Assembly (NCBI GenBank): GCA_002328805.1
Contig: DCVX01000032.1
Coordinates: forward strand, 1-43,658
Length of the DNA stretch: 43,658 nt
DNA from: Candidatus Dojkabacteria bacterium UBA2177
GTDB lineage: Bacteria; Patescibacteriota; Dojkabacteria; SC72
Direction of reading: 5' to 3'
Part shown: positions 10,232 through 19,107 of the stretch, one piece after another
Position numbering within the stretch: the stretch's first letter is position 1
Layout: the number at the start of each line of letters is the position of its first letter
Position numbers and translations under genes: made by a program
The notes under the pieces: generated by a model
Database searches by the model: none
What the model was told of the DNA's origin: nothing
The model's input: the letters and a program-made list of their open reading frames with translations, nothing else

Positions 10232-11005
10232 TTAATCAAATAATGTACTACCCCCTGTTTCTAAAACTCTCTCAATGTTCCATCTGAGATCTTCCTTCTC
10301 TGTTATATTATTAAGCATCCATTCAAGATAACCTCTATCTTCTTTTGCAATATCTGCTAATAAATGGCCAGCATATTTTCCAAAATTAATATTTCTTATA
10401 TATGCAGGTTCTTTAGATATCTGGATCATGTTCTCGATACTAAGTTTACTGTTGCTTTGTATGTACTTAAAAAGATCTCTTAAAAAGTAAACATCACTTA
10501 GTGCATCATGTGCCGTGTTATGATCTAGGTCTTCCTTCTTGTAAAGACCAAGATAGTATCTTAAATATTGTAACGAATAGCTCTCTAAATCTCTCTTCTC
10601 TTCTGTAAACATGTTCCTAGCTAATTTGAAGGTACAAATGGTTCTGGGGATTTCAAGGCCCTTTCTTTCAAGAACCTCTTTGTCAAATTCCACATTGTGA
10701 GCTACCCAGATATATTCTTTTGCAAGATATTCTAAATATTCTTTTAAGTTTTTTCCTGCGAATTCTCTCTCTTTATAGTCCTCTGGGACTTTAGAATCTT
10801 CAAATGTGGGGTAATCTGCGAGAAATTCTGGCGTTAAGTGATGAATAGCCATTGCTGTATAGCTAACTTTTTGTATGGGATTGAAAAACATATTTAAGGT
10901 AGTTCCATCTTCCTTTAAAATCGCAAGTTGAATAATATCTTTGCTCTGGATGTCAGTTGTTTCTGTGTCGAAGTATAATATTTCTTCTTTCTTATCTTTT
11001 TGCAT
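10232..11005 (-). CDS. DEDDh 3'-5' exonuclease (ExoX-like) with C-terminal FGKY..YLEW domain
   Basis: FDTETT, VAHNVEFD, AHDALSD, NFGKYAG...RGYLEW. Confidence 0.85.
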   Translation of the reverse strand: MQKDKKEEILYFDTETTDIQSKDIIQLAILKEDGTTLNMFFNPIQKVSYTAMAIHHLTPEFLADYPTFEDSKVPEDYKEREFAGKNLKEYLEYLAKEYIWVAHNVEFDKEVLERKGLEIPRTICTFKLARNMFTEEKRDLESYSLQYLRYYLGLYKKEDLDHNTAHDALSDVYFLRDLFKYIQSNSKLSIENMIQISKEPAYIRNINFGKYAGHLLADIAKEDRGYLEWMLNNITEKEDLRWNIERVLETGGSTLFD

Positions 11006-11062
11006 ATTTTTTAGTATACCACTAATTAATTTTTTAATTTTAATAATGTTGTATAATTTGCC

Positions 11063-11827
11063 ATGATAATAACTAAGCCAAAAGAAGAAAAGATTTTAAG
11101 GGAAGTTGCAGGGATATCAGTAAAGATTTTATCCCAATTAAGAGATGAAATAAGAGAGGGTGTAACAGGTCTAGAGATAGATAGGCAGGCTGGTTTTTTA
11201 TGTAAGAAATATGGTGTAAAACCAGCATTTAAAAGAGTTAAGGGATATAACTATAATACCTGTATATCTGTAAATGATGTCGCTGTTCATGGAATTCCTA
11301 AGGATATTCCTTTTAAGAAAGGAGATCTGATTTCTATAGACTTTGGGATATATCACAAAAAAATCTATACAGATCACTGTTGGACTTGGAGTATTGGGGA
11401 GCCAAGTAAAGATAATGCCAAACTTCTTAAGGCTGGGAGGGAAGCTGTCGAGAATGCTGTCAAAAAAGCAGTAGTAGGAAACAGAGTTGGAGATTTGGGA
11501 TATGAAATGGAGAAGGGTGCAAATGAGAATGGTTATAACACTCTTAGAATGTTTGTAGGTCATGGAATAGGATATACATTGCATGATGAGCCAGAGATAT
11601 ACGCATACGGAGACAAGGGCACAGGGCAACCTCTTGAAGATGGTATGGTCATCTGTGTCGAATGTCAGGTTGTAGATGATATTTCTGATATAGAGATAGA
11701 TGAGGATGGGTGGTCTGCTAAGACAGTAAATGGTGGAAATAGTGTTATGTTTGAATATATGGTTATTGTAAGAGATAAAAAGCCTGAGATATTAACAAAT
11801 ACTCTAGATTGGGGTACAACTGTCTAG
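11063..11827 (+). CDS. map: Methionine aminopeptidase type I
   Basis: CISVND.AVHGIP, IDFG, TD, GHGIG..LHDEP, E..E metal ligands. Confidence 0.95.
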   Translation: MIITKPKEEKILREVAGISVKILSQLRDEIREGVTGLEIDRQAGFLCKKYGVKPAFKRVKGYNYNTCISVNDVAVHGIPKDIPFKKGDLISIDFGIYHKKIYTDHCWTWSIGEPSKDNAKLLKAGREAVENAVKKAVVGNRVGDLGYEMEKGANENGYNTLRMFVGHGIGYTLHDEPEIYAYGDKGTGQPLEDGMVICVECQVVDDISDIEIDEDGWSAKTVNGGNSVMFEYMVIVRDKKPEILTNTLDWGTTV

Positions 11828-11840
11828 ATTCTTCCAAAAA

Positions 11841-12034
11841 TGGTATAATATACTATAGGTTTAATACCTGTTTATTCCTTTTTGTCTTGGAACATAAGGA
11901 ATAATCGCTCTTTAAAAAGGTCTATCTAGACATATCCTCTGGATTGATAACGGCACTAAGGTATTTATATATATTGCTATGTATATTTTTGTGTCGTTAT
12001 TAATCATGCCTACTAGGTAACAAAAGGAGATGCT
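11841..12034 (+). promoter_or_regulatory. Extended -10 promoter plus structured ~180-nt leader with boxA-like motif
   Basis: TGgTATAAT 11841-49; hairpin 11872-11904; CGCTCTTTAAAA 11906-17; 15-bp stem 11942-56/11991-12005; SD AAGGAG 12024-29. Confidence 0.55.
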
Positions 12035-12385
12035 ATGTTTAACAAAAAGTTTTTCTTATTCCTGTTTGTTCTTCCAGTTCTCTTGACATCTTGTTCCTCT
12101 GAGAATCCTGTTCCTTGGAACAAAATTGAGGTTCTCGAGGAAACAAACCCTGAATATTTGGGATCCTATCGCTTCAAAAGATGCTGGGGTAATTCCTATG
12201 ACAGAGTTTGTGAAGAAGAATATGGGGAGTGGAGTTCTGATCTAGAACTTTTCCTCGATCAAAACAGGAAAATCTGTTTTGGAGGCTTTGAAGAAGGTAA
12301 GGTGTATGCTCGGCCTGATTATGAATGGGTTGAAACAAAACACCAAGGTCGGAATTGCATTCAATTACAGAAGAAAGGAAAATAA
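12035..12385 (+). CDS. Small putative lipoprotein, unknown function
   Basis: Basic/hydrophobic signal peptide with lipobox LTS-C; four further Cys; SD present. Confidence 0.75.
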   Translation: MFNKKFFLFLFVLPVLLTSCSSENPVPWNKIEVLEETNPEYLGSYRFKRCWGNSYDRVCEEEYGEWSSDLELFLDQNRKICFGGFEEGKVYARPDYEWVETKHQGRNCIQLQKKGK

Positions 12386-12399
12386 TGAAATGATAGATC

Positions 12400-12477
12400 T
12401 TTTGGGAGGGAACTCTGTGTAAATATATTAGCTTTATGCTAAACAACACAGATTCCCTCCTTAAAACCCCTTTTTTT
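12400..12477 (+). terminator. Long hairpin followed by a U-tract after the lipoprotein gene
   Basis: GGAGGGAA-C-TCTGTGT pairs with ACACAGA-TTCCCTCC; inner TTAGC/GCTAA; T7 at 12471-77. Confidence 0.55.
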
Positions 12478-12532
12478 GGATAATCCCCTTTATATGATAC
12501 AATAGCTTGTTAACTTGTTGCAGAGGAATATT

Positions 12533-13468
12533 ATGGAAAATATATACGATATTGCTATCATTGGTGCAGGACCAGCCGGTTTAAGTGCAAGTATCTATGC
12601 AGGTAGGTATAAGCTTAAAAATATTGTTTTTGGAAAGCAAATAGGTGGAACAATTGCAGATGCTCACAAGGTATGTAATTACCCTGGTGTAGAAGATATA
12701 ACAGGATTAGAGCTTGGGACAAGGATGTATGAACAAGCAAAGAAAAACGGTGCCAACATCTCCCCTGAAAGCGTTGTTAGCGTAGAAAGAGAAGGAGATT
12801 TCTTTAAATTGGAAACAGATAATAAAAAAGAGATTCTTGCAAAGACAATAATACTTGCTACAGGAACAAAAAGGAATAAATTAGCAGTTCCTGGAGAGGA
12901 TGAATATTTAGGAAAAGGTGTTTCTTATTGTGCAACCTGTGATGCTATGTTTTGTAAAGAGAAGGTCGTTGGTGTAGTCGGAGGGAGTAATGCTGCAACG
13001 ATGGCTGCGACAATGTTGGCAGATATTGCAAAACAAGTTTATATTATTTATAGAGGCAATGAGCTTAGAGGGGAACCTGCTTGGATAGATGATGTTAAAT
13101 CTAAAAAGAATGTAGAAATTATCCTAAATACTGTAGTGACTGCAATAGAAGGAGATGGAACTGTCGAGAGAGTGAAATTGAGCAAGGAGTTTAACGGTTC
13201 CCAGTATCTTAATGTTAGTGCTTTATTTATAGAGATAGGAACTGAACCAAATGCTGATTTACCAGTTAAATTGGGTGTAGAACTAGATGAAAAACAGTAT
13301 ATAATTGTTAAAGATGACCAATCTACAAGTATAGAAGGTATCTGGGCGGCTGGTGATGCAACTACTAATTCAAATAAACTTCAACAGGTGGTAACTGCCG
13401 TTGGAGAAGGTGCTGTAGCAGCTAATTCAATATATTACTATCTAAAGGAAGATTCTAGTAGACACTAA
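12533..13468 (+). CDS. trxB: Thioredoxin reductase-like flavoprotein
   Basis: GAGPAG, GVSYCATCD, AAGD, Q...AVGEG; ATG 12533 preceded by GAGGA. Confidence 0.88.
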   Translation: MENIYDIAIIGAGPAGLSASIYAGRYKLKNIVFGKQIGGTIADAHKVCNYPGVEDITGLELGTRMYEQAKKNGANISPESVVSVEREGDFFKLETDNKKEILAKTIILATGTKRNKLAVPGEDEYLGKGVSYCATCDAMFCKEKVVGVVGGSNAATMAATMLADIAKQVYIIYRGNELRGEPAWIDDVKSKKNVEIILNTVVTAIEGDGTVERVKLSKEFNGSQYLNVSALFIEIGTEPNADLPVKLGVELDEKQYIIVKDDQSTSIEGIWAAGDATTNSNKLQQVVTAVGEGAVAANSIYYYLKEDSSRH

Positions 13469-13479
13469 TTTGTTCTTCT

Positions 13480-14004
13480 CTACTCTCTTTTTGAATTCTC
13501 TGCTTGGGACTTTTTAAATTGGTACCATTCTTCTAGGTAGTTAGAACTGGACCATACCTTGTCCTTACCTACTCCATACTCTATTCTCCCACCATAACCT
13601 TCTATAATATCTGCCTCCCATTTAAGTCCACTCTTAGGATCATGTCTATTTTTCTCATCTCTATCTCCACCTTTAGTAAATACATCTGGTCTCACAATCT
13701 TTATTGCATCTGCACAGTGCCATGCATCAGGATCCTCATGGATAACAACATAATCTACTCCTTTAATAGCATCTGCTATCTCTGCTCTGTCTACTGCTGG
13801 CATAAAAGCTTTTCCTTTCTTGTTAGCTGCCCTAGTATCTCCATCTATTATTATTACTAAAACATCTCCAAACTTCTTAGATTCTAATATGCAAGATATA
13901 TGTCCAGGATGTGGTGGGTCAAAAAACATTGAAGTAGCAACTATCTTTTTTCCCTTAAGTTTCTCCTCTCTTATTTTTGCAAATTCTTCTAAAGAAACGA
14001 TCAT
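13480..14004 (-). CDS. HxGH cytidylyl/adenylyltransferase family protein
   Basis: FDPPHPGH, KKG..FM...R, IKGVDYV, RPDVFTKGGD, SSS. Confidence 0.85.
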   Translation of the reverse strand: MIVSLEEFAKIREEKLKGKKIVATSMFFDPPHPGHISCILESKKFGDVLVIIIDGDTRAANKKGKAFMPAVDRAEIADAIKGVDYVVIHEDPDAWHCADAIKIVRPDVFTKGGDRDEKNRHDPKSGLKWEADIIEGYGGRIEYGVGKDKVWSSSNYLEEWYQFKKSQAENSKRE

Positions 14005-14171
14005 AAATTTTGAATTAATGAAATTATGTTAATAAGTTAATAAAAATATTACCATATATTTTATCTTGGAGATATATAGATGACCCTGTAGTCATTTTAA
14101 TAGACTTTTTGGTTTTGTAAGATCTTCCCTTGTTTAAGGTAATAACACCAAATTGGGTTTACTACAGGATA

Positions 14172-14225
14172 TTGACACATACAACCTGTTGCATTATGTT
14201 ATTTACCACATACAATATATTGTGA
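14172..14225 (+). promoter_or_regulatory. nrdR-nrdDG promoter with tandem NrdR boxes
   Basis: TTGACA-17-TATGTT; strong box ATACAATATATTGTGA 14210-25 and weaker box ATACAACCTGTTGCAT 14179-94, 31 bp apart. Confidence 0.8.
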
Positions 14226-14233
14226 TTGTTTTT

Positions 14234-14683
14234 ATGAAATGTCCATTTTGCTGTAGCGAAGAAACAAAAGTAGTAGATAAAAGAGATAATAAAGAGGATA
14301 GCTCTATAAGAAGAAGGCGGGAGTGCTTAAAATGCAGTAAGAGGTTTACTACCTATGAGAGGATAGAGAAGGCAGATTTGAGTATTGAGAAGAAAGACGG
14401 CTCTTTAGAGAGGTTTGATACTGAGAAAATTCTCAAAGGCATTAAGAAAGCTGTCGATCTTGACAAAATTCCAGAAGAGGAGATCGAAGACTTTGTAGAT
14501 GAGATTGAGAGGTATGTTTTTAATAAAGATGAGATTGTTAGGTCTGAAGAGATTGGTTTAATGGTTCTGGATTGGTTAAAAACAAAAGATTCTTTAGCTT
14601 ATATTAGGTTCGCATCTGTATATAAGGACTTTAAGAGTCTAGATGAAATTGTAAATGAAATAAAAGTTATACAAAAAATTTAA
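14234..14683 (+). CDS. nrdR: Transcriptional repressor NrdR
   Basis: MKCPFC...RRRREC..C..RFTTYE, ATP cone, AYIRFASVY; start at ATG 14234. Confidence 0.97.
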   Translation: MKCPFCCSEETKVVDKRDNKEDSSIRRRRECLKCSKRFTTYERIEKADLSIEKKDGSLERFDTEKILKGIKKAVDLDKIPEEEIEDFVDEIERYVFNKDEIVRSEEIGLMVLDWLKTKDSLAYIRFASVYKDFKSLDEIVNEIKVIQKI

Positions 14684-14700
14684 ATTATTAATATATAAAG

Positions 14701-17700
14701 ATGTCTGCCCAGAAAACTGCCAAGATGTTCAAAGTCAAGAAGAGAGATGGAAGAATAGTTGAATTCCAAAAAGAGAGATTAGCAACTGGAATATTCAAAG
14801 CTGCCGAAAGTGTTGGAGGTGAGGATAGGGAGAGAGCGAATGAGATTGCCGATGAAGTAGTTAGGAGATTAAAAGAGAAATATTCTGGTAAAGAATATGT
14901 TACCACAAAAAAAATTGCAGCTGTTACAACTCAAACCTTGATAGATATGGGTCATGGAAAGACTTCTGTAGCATTTGAATTGTTTGTAGACCTAAAGAAC
15001 CAAGTTAAGAATATCAAGTCACTTATAGATGCAGACACTCTTGTAAGCGGTTATATAGACAAGGTTGACTGGCAGGTTAATGAAAACAGTAATATGGCCT
15101 ATTCATGGCAAGGATTAAATCACTACATTTCCTCAACAGTCCAGGCCAACTACTGGTTACATAGTATATATCCCAAAGAGATTTCTAATGCGAATATAGA
15201 TAAGGATTTCCATATCCATGATTTAGGAATGTTAGCAACGTATTGTAATGGTTGGAGTTTAGAAGACTTACTTCTTAGGGGTTTTACTGGTGTAAAGGGT
15301 AAGATTTCTTGTGCTCCTCCAAAGCATTTTAGTACAGCATTGGGACAAGCTGTAAACTTTCTTTATACTCTTCAACATGAAGCTGCAGGTGCTCAAGCAT
15401 TTTCAAGTTTTGATACATATCTTGCACCCTTTATAAGATATGACAATCTTACTTACAAGCAAGTAAAGCAGAAAATGCAGGAATTCCTTTACAACATGAA
15501 TGTACCAACAAGAGTGGGGTGCCAGTGTGTGTCCGAAGACACTCAGATACTCACACCAAAAGGATGGGCAACGTACGAGGATATAAAAGAGGGTATTCTT
15601 ATAAAAACTTTTAATTTAGAAACAGGAGAAATAGAAAACCAAAAAGTCGAGTCTGTTTTTAAAGGTCAGTATAAAGGTGTTATGTACAATCTTAAAAATA
15701 GAATTCAGGATCAATTGATTTCTCCTGGGCATCGCGTAGTTAGAAAACTCTTCAATTCTGACAAATATATTTTAGAACCGATTGAGGAGGTTGCAAAATT
15801 AAAATCACCTATTGTAATTCCTATAGCAGGCGACAATACACTTAATGGTCATGTAGATCTATCAGATGAGCAGTTACGTTTAATGGCATGGATTATTAGT
15901 GAGGGTTCCATTGGGAAAAACGGGAAGCACAGGAGTTGTTATAGAGTTTCTATCTATCAGTCTAAACTAAAGAACAGAAAAAATTATGATGAAATTAAAA
16001 ATTTGTTAAATCATTTTGGTTTTAAATATTCAGAGACTGAAAAATCGGGACTAGGAGAACCTGTCGTAAGATTTAGAATAAATGCAGAAGGTTCAAAAAC
16101 TATTCACAAATGGTTTGGGAGTAAAGAAAATGTTAAGAGCATACCAAAAGATATTCTTAATTTAAATCTGGAAAAGTCTAGATTGTTTTTGAATACATAT
16201 ATCAAGGGCGATGGTCATGAAAGTTGTAAGATTTCTACAACTAGTTTAGAGATATTAAATGCCCTGCAAATTGTAGCTGTAAATGCTGGATATGGTTTTA
16301 CTGTTCTTACAAGAAAACCAACTTTAGGGAAAAAGAAAATATATGTTCTGCGATTAATTAAACATAAAAACACCTATATACAAGAGATTACAAAAGTTAA
16401 ATATGATGGAGTAATCTGGTGTCCACATACAAAAAATGAAACTATAATTGCAAAAAGAAATGGTAAGGTCTTTATTACAGGAAATACACCTTTTACAAAT
16501 ATAACTATGGATCTTGTTCCTAGTGGTCAATTAGCTGAACAGGGAGTAATTATTGGTGGGGAAATACAGAAAGAGAAATATAAAGATTTTGAAAAAGAAA
16601 TGGCTATGCTTAATAGAGCCTTCTGTGAAATTATGATGGAAGGAGATGCTCAAGGAAGACTATTCTCTTGGCCAATTCCTACATACAATATAACTAAAAA
16701 TTTTGATTGGAATAATCCTAAATACAAGCCTGTGTGGGAGATGACTGCAAAGTATGGTATTCCCTACTTCTCCAATTTCATGAATTCAGATATGAACCCA
16801 GATGATGCTAGGAGCATGTGCCTTCATCCCGAAGAAGAAATCGTTTACAAAGAAGGAGGAAATATAAAGAGAGGAAATATTGGTGATTTAGTAGAAAGTC
16901 ATAGAGGTGGAGAATATGATAAAGACGGTTGGGCAAAGATAAAAAAGAATGAAGGGTTAGAAGCATTGTCATTGGATTTAGAAAGTGGAAAAACAGAATG
17001 GGTTCCTATTATAAGATTTTTAAGGATTGAAGATGATGAACTTGTTAAATTGACCTTAGAGGATGGAAAAGAAATTAGGGTGTCTTCAAAGCATCTAATT
17101 CCTGTGTTAACCAAGGAGGGCTTTAAAAACAAAATGGCAAAAGATGTTGATAAAAATGACTACCTTCTTAACCTTAAACAAACAGATCAATTTAATACTA
17201 AGTATCAAAAAATTTCCAAAGATATAATTTTAGATGAGAGTGTAGCAAAGATTCTTGGCTATTTTGTTGCTGATGGTAATTATCTGAAAGAGAGTAGAAA
17301 AAACATGAAGCTGTGTGGAGAACCAAAAGGTTTACAGTTTACATTTAATTCAAAAACAAAGGAAAACTTAAAAGAGATTAAAAAGCTATTAAAAGATTGT
17401 TTTAATGTTTCTACTAAAGAAAAACAAGATCCTAGATACAACACCTACTACCTTTATGTCTATGATTCTATGATGGCACGAACATTAAAAGAAGCAGGGT
17501 TTGAAAAGTATGGAAGATTACCAAACATACTTTTTAATTCCCCAAAGACAGTCATAGAAGCTTTCTTGGATTACCACTTTAAGGGAGATGGTTATGAAAA
17601 AAGAGAAGAGGTTCATATAAATGATTTGGAACTAGCAAGAGACCTTACTCTTCTGTATTCCTTAATTGGAAAACCAGTAACATATAAAGAGAGAGGGAAT

Positions 17701-18939
17701 AGTCAAAGGATATATGTACAGCATCAAAAGAATGAGATTGCCAAGGATGGTAAATTAGCAGGACCAACAATAGCGAATCGTGTCCCAGGCTTTCTTGCTA
17801 AGTCTACATATCTGGTACCTGGTCTAAACAAGAGCAGAATGGTTGGTTTTGCTGCTTTAGAGAAATACAAAGCGCAAACTAAGGAAAGTAAATATATTCA
17901 AGATTCAGATTTTTACGTAGTTAGAGTTAAAGAAATATCTAAAAAGAAATTAGATAAAAAAATCTCTTTCTTTGACATTGAACTGGCTAAAAATCATCTC
18001 TTTGTCCATTCATTGGGAACTATTACCCATAATTGTTGCCGACTCAGAATCGACAACAGAGAACTTAAGAAAAGAGGTGGTGGCCTCTTTGGAGCCAATC
18101 CTCTTACAGGTAGTATTGGTGTTGTTACAATTAATCTTCCTCGTATAGGTTACTTGAGTAAAGATAAGGAAGAATATTTCAAGAGACTAGATGAACTTAT
18201 GGATTTGGCTAAGAAGAGTCTTGTTATTAAGAGAAAGTTTATTGAGAGATATATAAATGCTGGGTTATATCCATACTCACGCTTCTATTTAGACAATATC
18301 AAGAAGAGGTTTAAGGAATATTATAAGAACCACTTTAATACTATTGGAATACTTGGAATGAATGAGTCTATGATTAATTTCTTCAAAGACAAGGAGAAAG
18401 GAATTGCCTCAAAAGAAGGAAGAGAATTTGCCTTGGAGATTATGGATCATATGAGAGAAAGGTTAAAGGAGTATCAGAAAGAAACTAACAGTTTGTTTAA
18501 TTTAGAAGCTACCCCTGGAGAAAGTACTACTTATAAGTTTGCAAAAGCAGACAGAAAAAAGTTTGGTAAAGATATAATTACTGCTGCGGAAATTGGTGCA
18601 CAGAAATCTAAGACCCCATACTACACAAACAGTACTCATCTACCAGTTGGTTACACAGATGACATTTTTGAAGCTTTAGATTTGCAGGATGAATTCCAAA
18701 CTAAATATACAGGAGGAACAGTTGTACACCTCTTCCTCGGAGAGAAGATGCCAACTGGAGAATCTGTCAAAAACTTGGTAAGAAAGGTTTGTGAGAATTA
18801 TTCTCTACCCTACTTCTCCATAACTCCGACTTTCAGTGTCTGTCCCAATCATGGTTATATTTCTGGAGAGCATGAGTTTTGCCCATCATGTGACCAAGAA
18901 GCTGGCTATGAAGAAGGAATGCCTTTTTATGAGAAATAA
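14701..18939 (+). CDS. nrdD: Anaerobic (class III) ribonucleotide reductase large chain; two inteins; lacks the glycyl-radical tail
   Basis: ATP cone, HIHDL, YC.GWSL, SM|CCRL, EATPGE, YYTNST, YTGGT, CPNH...CPSC; 687 aa after removing the inteins. Confidence 0.95.
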   Translation: MSAQKTAKMFKVKKRDGRIVEFQKERLATGIFKAAESVGGEDRERANEIADEVVRRLKEKYSGKEYVTTKKIAAVTTQTLIDMGHGKTSVAFELFVDLKNQVKNIKSLIDADTLVSGYIDKVDWQVNENSNMAYSWQGLNHYISSTVQANYWLHSIYPKEISNANIDKDFHIHDLGMLATYCNGWSLEDLLLRGFTGVKGKISCAPPKHFSTALGQAVNFLYTLQHEAAGAQAFSSFDTYLAPFIRYDNLTYKQVKQKMQEFLYNMNVPTRVGCQCVSEDTQILTPKGWATYEDIKEGILIKTFNLETGEIENQKVESVFKGQYKGVMYNLKNRIQDQLISPGHRVVRKLFNSDKYILEPIEEVAKLKSPIVIPIAGDNTLNGHVDLSDEQLRLMAWIISEGSIGKNGKHRSCYRVSIYQSKLKNRKNYDEIKNLLNHFGFKYSETEKSGLGEPVVRFRINAEGSKTIHKWFGSKENVKSIPKDILNLNLEKSRLFLNTYIKGDGHESCKISTTSLEILNALQIVAVNAGYGFTVLTRKPTLGKKKIYVLRLIKHKNTYIQEITKVKYDGVIWCPHTKNETIIAKRNGKVFITGNTPFTNITMDLVPSGQLAEQGVIIGGEIQKEKYKDFEKEMAMLNRAFCEIMMEGDAQGRLFSWPIPTYNITKNFDWNNPKYKPVWEMTAKYGIPYFSNFMNSDMNPDDARSMCLHPEEEIVYKEGGNIKRGNIGDLVESHRGGEYDKDGWAKIKKNEGLEALSLDLESGKTEWVPIIRFLRIEDDELVKLTLEDGKEIRVSSKHLIPVLTKEGFKNKMAKDVDKNDYLLNLKQTDQFNTKYQKISKDIILDESVAKILGYFVADGNYLKESRKNMKLCGEPKGLQFTFNSKTKENLKEIKKLLKDCFNVSTKEKQDPRYNTYYLYVYDSMMARTLKEAGFEKYGRLPNILFNSPKTVIEAFLDYHFKGDGYEKREEVHINDLELARDLTLLYSLIGKPVTYKERGNSQRIYVQHQKNEIAKDGKLAGPTIANRVPGFLAKSTYLVPGLNKSRMVGFAALEKYKAQTKESKYIQDSDFYVVRVKEISKKKLDKKISFFDIELAKNHLFVHSLGTITHNCCRLRIDNRELKKRGGGLFGANPLTGSIGVVTINLPRIGYLSKDKEEYFKRLDELMDLAKKSLVIKRKFIERYINAGLYPYSRFYLDNIKKRFKEYYKNHFNTIGILGMNESMINFFKDKEKGIASKEGREFALEIMDHMRERLKEYQKETNSLFNLEATPGESTTYKFAKADRKKFGKDIITAAEIGAQKSKTPYYTNSTHLPVGYTDDIFEALDLQDEFQTKYTGGTVVHLFLGEKMPTGESVKNLVRKVCENYSLPYFSITPTFSVCPNHGYISGEHEFCPSCDQEAGYEEGMPFYEK
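15526..16485 (+). mobile_element. Intein 1 in NrdD (320 aa) with LAGLIDADG homing endonuclease
   Basis: RVGCQ|CVSEDT...SPGH...WIISEG...YIKGDG...WCP...ITGN|TPFTN. Confidence 0.92.
16819..18033 (+). mobile_element. Intein 2 in NrdD (405 aa) with LAGLIDADG homing endonuclease
   Basis: ARSM|CLHPEE...SSKH...GYFVADG...HFKGDG...FDIE...ITHN|CCRL. Confidence 0.94.
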
Positions 18940-18962
18940 TTAAATTTTTATATATTTAAACA

Positions 18963-19103
18963 ATGTCTAACAAAAAAGTTCCAAGACAAAGATGCGAGGT
19001 TTATTCTCGTGTAGTTGGTTATCTGAGTCCTGTTTCTCAATGGAATGTTGGGAAAAAAGCAGAATGGTCAGATAGGAAAACCTACTGTATAAGTGAGGGA
19101 TAG
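18963..19103 (+). CDS. Stand-alone NrdD glycyl-radical domain, 46 aa (absent from the ORF track)
   Basis: MSNKKVPRQRCEVYSRVVGYLSPVSQWNVGKKAEWSDRKTYCISEG*; YSRVVGY...WN.GK.AE..DR is the NrdD C-terminal signature. Confidence 0.93.
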   Translation: MSNKKVPRQRCEVYSRVVGYLSPVSQWNVGKKAEWSDRKTYCISEG

Positions 19104-19107
19104 GCAT

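Noticed and set aside
18930..18970. Frameshift or pseudogene explanation for the NrdD break
   Set aside because: There is a clean stop, an intergenic-like AT-rich spacer and a new ATG, and both parts retain their motifs; read data are still needed to exclude it fully
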